Source of the DNA: the human T2T-CHM13v2.0 reference genome, Homo sapiens | Strand: one strand, 5' to 3' | Length of the DNA stretch: 64,000 nt | NCBI RefSeq assembly: GCF_009914755.1 | Contig: NC_060929.1 | Shown: positions 1 through 17,107 of the stretch, one piece after another | Numbering within the stretch: position 1 is the first letter of the stretch | Layout: each line of letters begins with the position of its first letter | Made by a program: the position numbers and the translations under genes | Notes under the pieces: generated by a model | Seen by the model: only the letters and a program-made list of their open reading frames with translations | Told to the model about the DNA's origin: nothing | Databases searched by the model: none

Positions 1-169
1 ACAAAACCGTCAGATCTTGTGAGACTTATTCACTACCAGGAGAACAGCATGGGGGGAACGGCCCCCATGATTCAATTATCTTTCACTGGGTCCCTCCCAC
101 AACACATGGAAATTATGGGAGCTACAATTCAAGATGAAATTTGGGTGGGGACACAGCCAAACCATATCA
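1..169 (-). mobile_element. THE1 (ERVL-MaLR) LTR, 5' part, cut by the window edge
   Basis: Reverse complement begins TGATATGGTTTGGCTGTGTCCCCACCCAAAT, the THE1 consensus start; contains TGATTCAATTA at 68-78. Confidence 0.9.
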
Positions 170-791
170 GAGGATAGATTACTCCCTCCCTGCACCCCAA
201 CCCCAAACCAATACATGTGCTATATATCTACAGATGTTTATTCTTTCCAGGGTGAGATAATCTTTTTAGGCTGAATGGTGAGGCAAAGAAAACTGACAAT
301 TCAGTTCTGCATTTACTGGTCACCCACTCTGGGGTAAGCACCTTCCATGTTGTGTGTGGGTATATGCACATGAACCCTTGAATATATGGGGAGCCTGTCA
401 GATACCAAGATGAATGAGTATTTCATATATTAATTGTTTACACATTTTATAACAACAGTAATCCCTTCCTGGTGGCTTCAACTAGTTGCTGAAGTGTGGA
501 GGAGACAATCTTTGTAAGAAATGTGGATAAAATTATATACCATGGGTAATTTTACTTATTAAATATTTTCTCGGTTGTGAGTTTAGAAAAGAGAACAAGG
601 TAACACAAATGAGTATTTCAGGAAGCCCCTGCAATATTAGGCAGTGACTGCTGGGAAGAGGCCAGTAGTGGGTTTACATTTGCAAAGAGCCAAATCCTGC
701 AGAATGGAGGCTGGTCTAGCTGAGGGTCAGCCCTCCTAGGGAGCCAACATGGGTGTAAATCAGATGTATGCCATTGCTCATTCTTCAGGTC

Positions 792-812
792 TTTTTTTTT
801 TTTTTTTTTTTT
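792..812. repeat. poly(T)21 run
   Basis: Seen directly. Confidence 0.9.
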
Positions 813-1199
813 GGACATTTGGATTTAATTTGTGGGTGTCTCTTGCTTTTCCAAAAGCAGTGTTTAGAACATAGAGGAAATTTAAGGTTCCAGGATGCAC
901 TGCTGGGTTGTGCCCTTCCCTATGCCATTTCCTGTCTTTATGTATTTTCATGGGTGATTCTTATTATGTTCAAAACAGGTTACATGTATGTGTCTCCCTC
1001 ACCTCAGAAACAGTTCAGACCCAGCTGTTTAGCATCACTAATGAGAAGTTTCTTTGTAGATCTCCCATGGTCAAAAAACTAATAGAAAACTATAGTGCAG
1101 TGGTTAAGAGTGCAGGTTTAGAATTCCAATCTGGCTTTGAATCCTTACTTTATTTTTTTTTATCACCAGATCATATTAAATCAATTATTATGTTTATTT

Positions 1200-1345
1200 T
1201 TTATATCTGTTTTCCTCAGTTAGAATATGAGCTCCAGGAGCGCAGGCATCACTGTCTGTTTTGTTCACTGATATAGTTCACACACCTATAACAGTGTCAG
1301 GTACTTTGAAGGCACTCAATAAATATCTGTTGAATGTGTGAATCA
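1200..1345 (+). mobile_element. L2 LINE 3' end fragment
   Basis: TGAGCTCCAGGAG..CAGG..TTTTGTTCACTG..CACTCAATAAATATCTGTTGAATG matches the L2 3' terminus. Confidence 0.7.
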
Positions 1346-2899
1346 TGCAATTAACCATATTAATATACTATTTAACACGGTTTCTGTTTTCACCCTTAGG
1401 GTTTCATCCTGAGTGTGCTGAATTATGGGATTGACAGGGAGCAGTGCTCAATATCAGCATCTGAATGTCCTCTTTTTCTTTCCATCTTCTCCCTGCTCCA
1501 TCTGCCCAGAGAAGGGTTTTATCTTTCTGTATGAACTATACACCTGTACTTGGATCAGCATGCATTCTTTCCTACTTTAAGTTTAATGTATAAACTCTAT
1601 GTGGTAAGTTCTCTACCTTTGCTCTTGATATAAAAAAGCTAGATTTTGGAATCCCAGCAGAAATTCTCTCCCATCAAAGCCTGCCTAATAATAACAAGTC
1701 AAAAGCACTTTGACTTTTATATTACTATGTCTCTTATGAACTTAAAAACTATTTTGAAACTCAGAGCTGAGCAATGACTTCTTTGTCTTAGACTATAACT
1801 GTTCTCTCCCTGAAATAGGACAGATAAAAAGCTATCAGTGCTGCTCAGGAAATAGTGACTTCTCAGCATCTCAGCATAGTTCCCTGCTATATCCACTTCC
1901 ATAAATGATCAACGTCCCTTTTGTTGGGCTCTTCTTTGCCTTGTAACGCCTATATGTGATTACCAAACTGGGAGTTCTTTTCTCATCTTTAAGATGCCTT
2001 TATAAGTCTTTGCTTGATTCATGATATACTGATTCCCTCTTTCAGCTGTAGAAGGGCAATCTTCAACTAGAGGCTCATAAACGACTCCCCTCATGAGAAG
2101 TACCACTGTCTTCATGCTCAGATCGCGCTATCTAAATCCTGTTTCCTACCTCGTCTTACCTTAGCTGATATTCCTCAACAAAGGTTTGCCTGGGAAGGAC
2201 AGTTTACTCTTATGCCATTTGCAACTAATACAGGACCCTAAAAGTGTATATGGAGGAGGCATATTGAGTTAAAAGTACAAGTAGAGTGTCTGAAACCACC
2301 AATTTCCTTTCCAGTAGTGATAAAAGATATCAAACATAGTGAGACAAATTTAAAGGAAATTTATCAGAGAGCAAGAGAGAAAACTATTTCTCCCCAAAGA
2401 AAGTATCTATGTGCGAGTAAAGCTGCTAGCTGACAGTCCAGGGCTGAAAGCATCTCAGTGGCCCCTGGAGTCAGGGACAGAGGGAGTGGTAGCCTCTTTC
2501 TCAGCCCTCCATGTGCCTCCCCATACCCACAGTGTGGAGAGCTGGGAAGACAGGTATGTCAGAACCCTGGCCATGGCAGCCACCAGACAGAGGAGGCAGT
2601 CCTAAATAGACTGTGACTTTAGAAGACTAGGAGAAATCCCTTAGTTCTCAGGGCTTAAATCCACCTGAAAAGATTCCTAAATTACAAAAAATGGATTTCA
2701 ATTTGGCAGTGTGCACTGTTCAGAGTTCAGGGAAAGAGACAGCTCACCGGAAGACTTGATTGTCTGATCCCTATGGAAAAATGGATGCATCAGAGATCTA
2801 TGGACTATTTGCAATTTAAAGTATTCAACTGGCTCCCTTCAGTTTGAATATTTGCACACTTAGCAATCTCCTGATGAGAGTTGGCTTCCTCATCTTTAT

Positions 2900-3360
2900 T
2901 TTTTTGGCTGTATGTAACAGACTTAAACAAAACTGGCTTAAAAATTAAGAGTATCATTTTCTCAAATGAGGAGCAGTCTGAGGTACTGTAGGTCTAGGGT
3001 TGGTAAATTTAGAGGCTCAACAACATCAGCAAGGACCAGATCCTTCTCATAATTCTGCACTGCAATACTTAGGGTGTTGGCTTTGGTCCTCTAGCTTGTC
3101 TCCTTATGGTCAAAAAACAGTGACAACAACCTTCACCATAGCATCCTCACACAACAAAATGTGAAGTCCATAGTGAAAATGATATTTCTTTGCCAACAAG
3201 AAAACTTTCCCAGGCCTCCCCCCAACCCTTTTCAAAAACCTTACCTTTGTACCTTATTAGTCATAATTGTTCCCAAATCTTTTTCTAAGCCAACTGTCAG
3301 CAAGGAGAACACAGTCACCATGATCAACTTGGACTAATCAAGACTAATCGCCTTTTGGTC
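2900..3360. mobile_element. Old MLT1-type (ERVL-MaLR) LTR remnant
   Basis: GTAACAGA..AAACTGGCTTAAA..GGCTCAACAACATCAGCAAGGACCAG resembles MLT1J/K. Confidence 0.5.
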
Positions 3361-3478
3361 CTGAACATGGGCCCAGCTTTCCTAAAACACAGAGTCACAC
3401 ATGAATGTATCAGAATTCTACTAATTAGAAAACCTGGGGAAATGGCTGTTAGATACAAAATGCAACCAAAAGTATCTA

Positions 3479-3881
<403 letters not shown>

Positions 3882-3950
3882 TCCTCTTTACTTAAACATT
3901 TGTCTTCCTCTTCAGAAATAACAAAAAAAGCTCCAAGAATGAAGAGGTGA

Positions 3951-4292
<342 letters not shown>

Positions 4293-5158
4293 GCCTGTTT
4301 TCTTAAGGTATGGACGGACAGATGCCCGGCAATCCCAAGGGCTGTGTGGGGTGACCAGGAGTGATGGAAAAAATCTTATCTAGTTAAAGGTTTGGCAAAT
4401 GTCCACTGAGGGATCTTGATGTGCCAGGCACTGTGCCAAGCAGGATACCAAGGAGATAGGGCATAGTTTCCGTTCCTAGGAATCCACAGTCAGCCTCATG
4501 ACTTTGGCTGGGGATACTCTTTGTTATGAGACCTACAGCCAACCAGTCTGGGAGTCCAAGACTGTCCAGATGGTTTGGGCTTCTGGTTGCCCACTCAGTA
4601 TGGCTAGCTTGCCACCAGCAGAGAGACAGAAGGTAGTCTCTTAGCTGTCCTCCTTAGCTGACCAGGGCCCGGAGGGTGCATACATCTTGTTTCAATCCCT
4701 GGATCTGTGGTTCTTCTTGTCAGCAGACAAGACCAGCAGTGTCTGCCTTGTTCTACACTATGAGTTTGCTTCAAGCCTCTGCTCTCCAGGAAAGCATTGA
4801 CAGTATTTCTTAGGAATAATATCTATATAAGAAAGCCCTCAAGGAAGGCAAGAAACAAGCTTGGTAATGGGCTGAAGGGAAGAGGGCAGAGTTCTAGGAG
4901 GGAATGAGCAATGCTGTGTATAAAAAAGCACAGTATAAGCAGTGGAACATGCAATAAAAGGCATTGCACCAATTTTCCTTGTAAGGCAATGGTAACATAT
5001 AAAGAATGAATTCAATCTCAACACCTCAAAACCTATAAGAAGCAAGGTGCAGACACCATGACCCCTTATTTAGTAGACATTTTGGGGTTCTGTGGGTATA
5101 TTAGATTAAGCAGACACGGAAGAATTTTGTTATTGTCACTATGGTTAAAAGTAATTTG

Positions 5159-8100
5159 AGGTGTCCATTCCAAGATGGCTGAATAGGAACAGCTCTGGTC
5201 TGCAGCTCCCAGCATGATTGATGCAGAAGATGGGTGATTTCTGCATTTCCAACTGAAGTACCTGGTTCATCTCATTGAGACTGGTTGTAAAGCGGATACA
5301 GCCCACGGAGGGCAAGCTGAAGCAGGGCGGGGCGTCACTTTACCCTGGAAGCACAAGGGGTCATGGGGTTTCCCTTTCCTAGCCAAGGGAAGCTGTGACA
5401 GACAGCACCTAGAAAAACGGGACACTCCTGCTCAAATACTGCGCTTTTCCAACGTTCTTAGCAAACAGCACACCAGGAGATTATATCCCCCGCATGGCTT
5501 GGCAGGTCCCACGCCCATGAAGCCTTGTTCACTGCTAGCTCAGCAGTGAGATCAACCTGCAAGGCAGCGGCCCAGCAGGGGCAGGGGCGTCTGCCATTGC
5601 TGAGGCTTGAGTAGGTAAACAAAGTGGCCTGGAAGCTCGAACTGGGCGGAGCCAACCACAGCACCACAAGGCTTGCTGCCTCTATAGACTCCACCTCTGG
5701 GGGCAGGGCATAGTTGAACAAAAGGCAGCAGAAACTTCTGCAGACTTAAATGTCCCTGTTTGACAGCTCTGAAGAGAGCAGTGGTTCTCCCAGCACAGTG
5801 TTGGAGCTCTGAGAACAGACAGACTGTCTCCTCAACTGGGTCCCTGACTCCCGTGTAGCCTAAGTGGGAGACACCTCCCAGTAGGGGCAAACTGACACAT
5901 CATACAGCCGGGTGCCCCTCTGAGACAAAGCTTCCAGAGGAAGGATCAGGCAGCAACATTTGCTGTTCTGCAGCCTCTGCTGGTGATACCCAGGCAAACA
6001 GGGTCTGGAGGGCACCTCCAGCAAACTCCAACAGAACTGCAGCTGAGGGACCTGACTGTTAGAAGGAAAACTAACAAACATAAAGGAATAGCAACAACAT
6101 CAACAAAAACGACATCCACACCAAAACCCCATCTGTAGGTCACCATCATCAAAGACCAAAGGTAGATTAAACCACAAAGATGGGGAGAAACCACAGCAGA
6201 AAAGCTGAAAATCCTAAAAACCAGAGTGCCTCTTTTCCTCCAAAGGATAGCAGCTCCTTGCCAGCAATGGAACAACCCTGGATGGAGAAAACTTTCATGA
6301 GTTGACAGAAGTAGGCTTCAGAAGGTCAGTAATAACAAACTTCTCTGAGCTAAAAGAGGATGTTCGAACCCGTCGCAAGGAAGCTAAAAACCTTGAAAAA
6401 AGATTAGATGAATGGCTAACTAGAACGAACAGTGTAGGGAAGACCTTAAATGACCGGATGGAGCTGAAAACCATGGCACGAGAACTACATGACACATGCA
6501 TAAGCTTCAATAGCTGATTCAATCAAGGGGAAGAAAGGGTATCAGTGACTGAAGATCAAATTAATGAAATAAAGTGAGAAGTTTAGAAAAAAAGAGTAAA
6601 AATAAATAAAGCCTCCAAGAAATATGGGACTATGTGAAAAGACCAAATCTATGTTTGATTGGTGTATCTGAAAGTGACAGGGAGAATGGAACCAAGTTGG
6701 AAAACACTCTGTAGGATATTATCCAGGAGAACTTCCCCAACCTAGCAAGGCAGGTCAACATTCAAATTCAACAAATACAGAGAACACCACTAAGATACTT
6801 CAGAAGAGCAACTCCACGACACATAATTGTCATATTCACCAAGGTTGAAATGAAGGAAAAAATGTTAAGGGCAGCCAAAGAGAAAGGTTTCGTTACCCAC
6901 AAAGGGAAGCCCATCAGACTAACAGTGGGTCTCTCGGCAGAAGCTCTACAAGCCCGAAAAGAGTGGAGGCCAATATTCAACATTCTTAAAGAAAAGAATT
7001 TTCAACCCAGAATTTCATATCCAGCCAAACTAAGCTTCATAAGTGAAGGAGAAATAAAATCCTTTACAGACAAGCAAATGCTGAGAGATTTTGTCACTAC
7101 CAGGCCTGCCTTACAAAAGCTCCCAAAGGAAGCACTAAACATGGAAAGGAACAACTGGTACCAGCCACTGCAAAAACATACCAAATTGTAAAGACCATTG
7201 AGGCTAGGAAGAAACTGCATAAAGTAATGGGCAAAATAACCAGCTAACATCATAATGGCAGGATCAAATTCACACATAACAATATTAACCTTAAATGTAA
7301 ATGGGCTAAATGCCCCAATTAAAAGACACAGATGGGCAAATTGGATAGAGTCAAGTCCTATCAGTGTGCTGTATTCAGGAAACCCATCTCACGTGCAGAG
7401 ACACACATAGGCTCAAAATAAAGGGATGGAGGAAGATCTACCAAGCAAATGGAAAGCAAAAAAAAAGGAGGGGTTGCAATCCTAGTCTCTGATAAAACAA
7501 ACTTTAAACCAACAAAGATCAAAAGACACAAAGAAGGCCATTACATAATGGTAAAGGGATCAATTCAACGAGAAGAGCTAACTATCCTAAATATATATGC
7601 ACCCAATACAGGAGCACCCAGATTCATAAAGCAAGTCCTTAGAGCCAGAGACTTTAACACCCCACTGTCAATATTAGACAGATCAATGAGACAGAAGGTT
7701 AACAAGGATATCCAGGACTTGAACTAAGCTCCGCACCAAGCAGACCTAATAGTCATCTACAGAACTCTCCACCCCAAATCAACAGAATATCCATTCTTCT
7801 CAGCATCACATCACACTTATTCCAAAATTGACCACGTAGTTGAAGTAAAGCACTCCTCAGCAAATGTAAAAGAACAGAAACCACCACAAACTGTCTCTCA
7901 GATCACAGTACAATCAAATTAGAACTCAGGATTAAGAAACTCACTCAAAACCAAACAACTACGTGGAAACTGAACAACCTGCTCCTGAATGACTACTGGG
8001 TACATAACGAAATGAAGGCAGAAATAAAGATGTTCTTTGAAACCAATGAGAAAAAAGACACAACATACCAGAATCTCTCGGACACATTTAAAGCAGTGTG

Positions 8101-8590
8101 TAGAGGGAAATTTATAGCACTAAATGCCCACAAGAGAAAGCAGGAAAGATCTAAAATCGACACCCTCACATCACAATTAAAAGAACTAGAGAAGCAGAAG
8201 CAAACAAATTCAAAAGCTAGCAGAAAGCAAGCAATAACTAAGATCAGAGCAGGACTGAAGGAAATAGAGACACAAAAGCCCTCCAAAAAAATCAATGAAT
8301 CCAGCAGTTGGTTTTTTGAAGACATCAATAAAAAATTTTTTTTTGGGATTTTAAATTATTATTATTTTTTTATTTTATTATTATTATACTTTAAGTTTTA
8401 GGGTACATGTGCACAATGTGCAGGTTAGTTACGTATGTATACCTGTGCCATGCTGCTGTGCTGCACCCATTAACTCATCATTTAGCATTAGGTATATCTC
8501 CTAATGCTAGGCCTCCCCGCTCCCCCCACCCCACAACAGACCCCCATCAATAAAATTGATAGACCGCTAGCAAGACTAATAAAGAAAAAA
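5159..8590 (+). mobile_element. L1PA6-like element: 5' UTR, disrupted ORF1 (~6180-7191) and 5' part of ORF2; host of nested insertions
   Basis: CCATTCCAAGATGGCTGAATAGGAACAGC 5' UTR; ORF1p remnant (MKEKMLRAAKEKG..YPAKLSF); endonuclease remnant (LNIYAPNTGAPRFIKQ); left TSD AAAAGTAATTTG at 5147-5158. Confidence 0.93.
8334..8544 (-). mobile_element. 5'-truncated L1PA2/3-like 3' end inserted antisense into the host ORF2
   Basis: Reverse-complement L1 3' UTR (..TAACTAACCTGCACATTGTGCACATGTACCCTAAAACTTAAAGTATAAT); TSD CATCAATAAAA at 8323-8333 and 8545-8555; host ORF2 resumes after it. Confidence 0.9.
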
Positions 8591-9602
8591 ACAGGGAGCC
8601 AAGATGGCTGAATAGGAACAGCTCCAGTCTACAGCTCCCAGCATGAGTGACGCAGAAGATGGGTGATTTCTGCATTTCCAACTGAGGTACCAGGTTCTTC
8701 TCACTGGGGAGTGCCAGACAGTGGGTGCAGCACACCATGCATGAGCTGAAGCAGGGTGAGGCATCACCTCACCCGGGAAGCATAAGGGGTCAGGGAATTC
8801 CCTTTCCTAGTCAAAGAAAGGGGTGACAGATGGCACCTGGAAAATTGGGTCACTCCTACCCTAATACTGCGCTTTTCCGATGGGCTTAACAAACAGCACA
8901 CCAGGAGATTATATCCCACACATGGCTCAGAGGGTCCTACGGCCACGGAGCCTCGCTCATTGCTAGCACAGCAGTCTGAGATCAAACTGCAAGGCAGCAG
9001 TGAGGCTAGGGGAGGGGCGCCCGCCATTGCCAAGGCTTGAGTAGGTAAACAAAACAGCCAGGAAGCTCGAACTGGGTGGAGCCTGCCACAGCTCAAGGAG
9101 GCCTGCCTGCCTCTGTAGGCTCCACCTCTGGGGGCAGGGAACAGACAAACAAAAGGCAGCAGTAACCTCTGCAGACTCAAATGTCCCTGTCTGACAGCTT
9201 TGTAGAGAGTAGTGGTTCTCCCAGCACGCAGCTTGAGATCTGAGAATGGGCAGACTGCCTCCTCAAGTGGGTCCCCGACCCCCAAGTAGCCTAACTGGGA
9301 GGCATCCCCCAGTAGGGGCGGACTGACACCTCACATGGCTGGGTACTCCTCTGAGACAAAACTTCCACAGAAACGATCAGGCAACAGCATTTGCGGTTCA
9401 CCAATATCCGCTTTTCTGCAGCCTCCGCTGCTGATACCCAGGCAAACAGGGTCTGGAGTGGACCTCCAGCAAACTCCAACAGACCTGCAGCTGAGGGTCC
9501 TGACTGTTAGAAGGAAAACTAACAAACAGAAAGGACATCCACACCAAAAACCCATCTGTACATCACCATCATCAAAGACCAAAGGTAGGTAAAACCACAA
9601 AG

Positions 9603-10619
9603 ATGGGGAAAAAACAGAGCAGAAAAACCGGACACTCTAAAAATCAGAGCGCCTCTCCTCCTCCAAAGGAACGCAGCTCCTCACCAGCAATGGAAAAAAG
9701 CTGGATGGAGAATGACTTTGACGAGTTGAGAGAAGAAGGCTTCAGAAGATCAAACTACTCCGAGTTAAAGGAGGAAGTTTGAACCAATGGCAAAGAAGTT
9801 AAAAACCTTGAAAAAAAATTACACGAATGGATAATTAGAATAATCAATGCAGAGAAGTCCTTAAAGGAACTGATGGAGCTGAAAACCACAGCACGAGAAC
9901 TACATGACGAATGCACAAGCCTCAGGAGCCAATGCAATCAACTGGAAGAAAGGGTATCAGCGATGGAAGACGAAATGAATGAAATTAAGTGAGAAGAGAA
10001 GTTTAGAGAAAAAAGAATAAAAAGAAATGAACAAAGCCTCCAAGAAATATGAGACTAAGTGAAAAGACCAAATCTACGTCTGATTGGTGTACCTGAAAGT
10101 GACGGGGAGAATGGAACCAAGTTGGAAAACACTCTGCAGGATATTATCCAAGAGAACTTCCCCAATCTAGCAAGGCAGGCCAACATTCAAATTCAGGAAA
10201 TACAGAGAACGCCACTAAGATACTTCTCGAGAAGAGCAACTCCAAGACACATAATTGTCAGATTCACCAAAGTTGAAATGACGGAAAAAATGTTAAGGGC
10301 AGCCAGAGAGAAACGTGGGGTTACCCACAAAGGGAAGCCCATCAGACTAACAGCTTATCTCTCGGCAGAAACTCTACCAGCCAGAAGAGAGTGGGGGCCA
10401 ATATTCAACATTCTTAAAGAAAAGAATTTTTAACCCAGAATTTCATATCCAGCCAAACTAAGCTTCATAAGTGAAAGAGAAATAAAATCCTTTACAGACA
10501 AGCAAATGCTGAGAGATTTTGTCACCACCAGGCCTGCCCTAAAAGAGCTCCCAAAGGAAGCACTAAACATGGAAAGGAACAACTGGTACCTGCCACTGCA
10601 AAAACATGACAAATTGTAA
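9603..10619 (+). pseudogene. L1 ORF1p (RNA-binding chaperone) pseudogene
   Basis: ATGGGGAAAAAACAGAGC start; fragment KRPNLRLIGVPESDGENGTKLENTLQDIIQENFPNL; in-frame stops. Confidence 0.9.
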
Positions 10620-10682
10620 AGACCATCAAGGCTAGGAAGAAACTGCATCAACTAACGAGCAAAATAACCAGCTAACATCAAA

Positions 10683-14493
<3,811 letters not shown>

Positions 14494-15017
14494 ACAATGA
14501 GAGCACTTGGACACAAGGAGGGGAACATCACACACCGGGGCCTGTCATGGGGTGAGGGGCTGGGGGAAGGATAGCATTAGGAGAAATACCTACTGTAAAT
14601 GACAAGTTAATGGGTGCAGCAAACCAACATGGCACATGTATACCATCGTAACAAACCTGCATATTGTACACATGTACCCTAGAACTTAAAGTATAATAAT
14701 AAAAAAAGTAATTTGTACAAACTAGAAATACTAAAGGGAAAAATAAAGTGAATTCCTGGAAAAATTAACTCCATTTATTATTAATGCTCAGTGGGAAAAT
14801 CATTTAAGTAATTTACTGCTGCCTGTATGGATGCAGACATTAACCCATGCAATGATGATTAATAGCATTGTTCAGAGAAATTTACCTCTACAGATGCAAA
14901 GAATGAAAATTTACTGAGGCTTCTAGTCAGTCACAAACCACTATTGCTCTTCATATTCTTTCTTGATTAAGAAAATGAACTGAACGAAGATTCTATCACA
15001 CAAACCTATAATTATAC

Positions 15018-15268
15018 TTTTTTTTTTTTTTTTTGAGACAGAGTCTTGCTCTGTTGCCCAGACTAGAGTGCAGTGGCGTGATCTCAGCTCACTGCAACCT
15101 CTACCTCCCAGGTTGGAGAAATCTCCTGCCTCAGCCTCCTGAGTAGCTGGGATTACAGGCGCCCGCCACCATGGCTGGCTAATTTTTGTATTTTTAGTAG
15201 AGATGGGGTTTCACCATCTTGGCCAGGCTGGTCTCGAACTCCTGACCTCCTGATCTACCCACCTAGGC
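15018..15268 (-). mobile_element. AluS lacking its 5' ~40 nt
   Basis: Poly(T), then reverse Alu ending at ..ACCCACCTAGGC. Confidence 0.9.
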
Positions 15269-15409
15269 ACATGCCTGTAGTCCCAGCTACTTGGTAGGCT
15301 TAGTTGGAAGGATCACCTGAGCCCAGGGAGGTCAAGGCTGCAATGAGCCATGATGATGCCACTGTATTCTAGTCTAGGCCAAAGTGCGACCCTGTTTCAA
15401 AAAAATAAA
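15266..15409 (+). mobile_element. AluJ right arm only, fused head-to-head to the preceding Alu
   Basis: GGCACATGCCTGTAGTCCCAGCTAC..AGGATCACCTGAGCCCAGG..GTCAAGGCTGCAATGAGCC (J diagnostics), A tail. Confidence 0.85.
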
Positions 15410-15439
15410 GATTCATAGATGTAGGATGCTTGCATGAAA

Positions 15440-15570
15440 AATGGTGTGAGCTCCACGAGGGCAGGTGCTTGGTCAGTCATGTTCACAGTTGTATCTTTAG
15501 TATCAAGAGCTGTGCCTGGGATATGATAGATGCATGATAAATAGCTGTTGAGGGATGAATGAATGCTGAA
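15440..15570 (+). mobile_element. L2 3' end fragment
   Basis: TGAGCTCCACGAGGGCAGG..TGTTCAC..GATGAATGAATG. Confidence 0.7.
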
Positions 15571-16178
15571 TGTTGACTAATTGGCTGGCCCAGTCATCCC
15601 TGCATCTTCTCTCTCAGCTTTTTTTTTGCAGGGTACTTCCCTCCAACTTTCTTTTCACTCAGGGCTGTGTGGTACCTCACCTTTCCCATGTCTCTCCTTC
15701 CTATTTACTTTTGTCTAGCCAATTTATGGGGTTGCTCAGCAAATGTTTTGACTCTAATTGGGAAAACAAGCTCTTAGTGCCATCATTGTCACCTGGCCCA
15801 GACTCCCAAAACAAGCCTGGTGTTGAAGGAAATGTCAACTGAAAAGGTTTGGTCCGCCCCTCTGGTAGACCAAAAACAACACATCTGGGTACTGAATCTG
15901 AGTTTTTTCATTGTCTTTCCAGAGAAACCCCTCCTGATCCCCTGCTCAGAGCCACTTCCACCTTCAATGGCTCTAGAATTCTGTAAGACAGCAGCTCTCT
16001 ATTACCTAAAACAAAAGTGGAAAATTTAAATGATACTTAAACTGGAGTCACTCTCTTCTGAAAGTGGAGGATGAGAAAACCAGACTCAATTTCTTTATCT
16101 GTAATATGAAAGAGTTGGTTTAGATTAGTGGTATTCCATGGGCAAAATCTGTCCTACAGTGTGTCATGATTTGCCCAT

Positions 16179-17107
16179 TGTACCAGGGTTCTCCAGAGAA
16201 ATGGAACCAATCAGATATAGATGAAGATATGTCAGTATCTATAGATATGTAAGAGGAAATTATTATGGGAATTGGCTCATGTGATTATGGAGGTAGAGAA
16301 GTCCCATCCTATGCCACGTGCAAGCTGGAGAACCAGGGAAGCTGGTGGTATAATTCAGTTGGAGTCCAAATGTCTGAGAACCAAGGAAGCTGATGGTATA
16401 ACTTTCAGGCCAAGGCCAAACGCCTGAGATTCTAGGAGGCCACTGGCATAAGTCTGAGTTTGAAGGCCCAAGAACCTGGAGTTCTGATGTCCAAGGGCTG
16501 GAGAAGATGGATGGCCCACCTCCAGCAGACAGCATGAATTCACCTTTCCTCTGCCTTTTTGTTCTATTCTAGGCCTTGAAGGATTAAATGGTGCCCACTC
16601 ACATGGAGTGAGGTTGGCTCTTCCTTACTCAGTCCACTCATTCAAATGCCAGTCTCCTCCAGAAACACCCTCACAGACACCGAAATAATGCTTTACCAGC
16701 GACCTGGTATATTAGTCCATTCTTACACTGCTATAAAGAAGTACCTGAAACTGGGTAATTTATAAAGAAAGAGGTTTAATTGATTCACAGTTCTGCAGGC
16801 TGTACAGGAAGCATGGCTGGAGGTCTCAGAAAACTTTCAATCATGGCAGAAGGCAAATCAAATGCACCTTACATGGCCAGAGCAGGAGTAAGAGAGAGAA
16901 GGGGGAGGTGCTACATACTTTAAAATAACCAGATCTCGTGAGAAGGAACACACTCTAATGAGTGTCGCAAGGGGGAAGTCCGCCGCCACGATCCAATCAC
17001 CTCCCACCAGGTCCCTCCACCAACACTGGGCTGGAGACACAAATCCAAATCATATCACCTGGGTATCCCTTAACCCAGTAAGATCACATCTAAAATTAAC
17101 CATCACA
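16179..17107 (-). mobile_element. MLT2B-like (HERV-L) solo LTR interrupted by an MST LTR
   Basis: CAGGGTTCTCCAGAGAAA..AATTAACCATCACA termini; flanks CCCAT/CCTAT. Confidence 0.85.
16708..17057 (-). mobile_element. MST (MaLR) solo LTR nested in MLT2
   Basis: TATTAGTCCATTCTTACACTGCTATAAAG..CAAATCATATCA; 5-bp TSD CCTGG at 16703-16707 and 17058-17062. Confidence 0.88.

Noticed and set aside
792-812. Orphan poly(T) as a solo poly(A) retro-insertion
   Set aside because: No TSD is visible; treated as a simple homopolymer.
8764-9285. Antisense ORFs in L1 5' UTRs (also ~5458-6275 and ~59600-60540)
   Set aside because: A generic by-product of L1PA 5' UTR sequence; I cannot confirm an intact ORF0 from the sequence alone.
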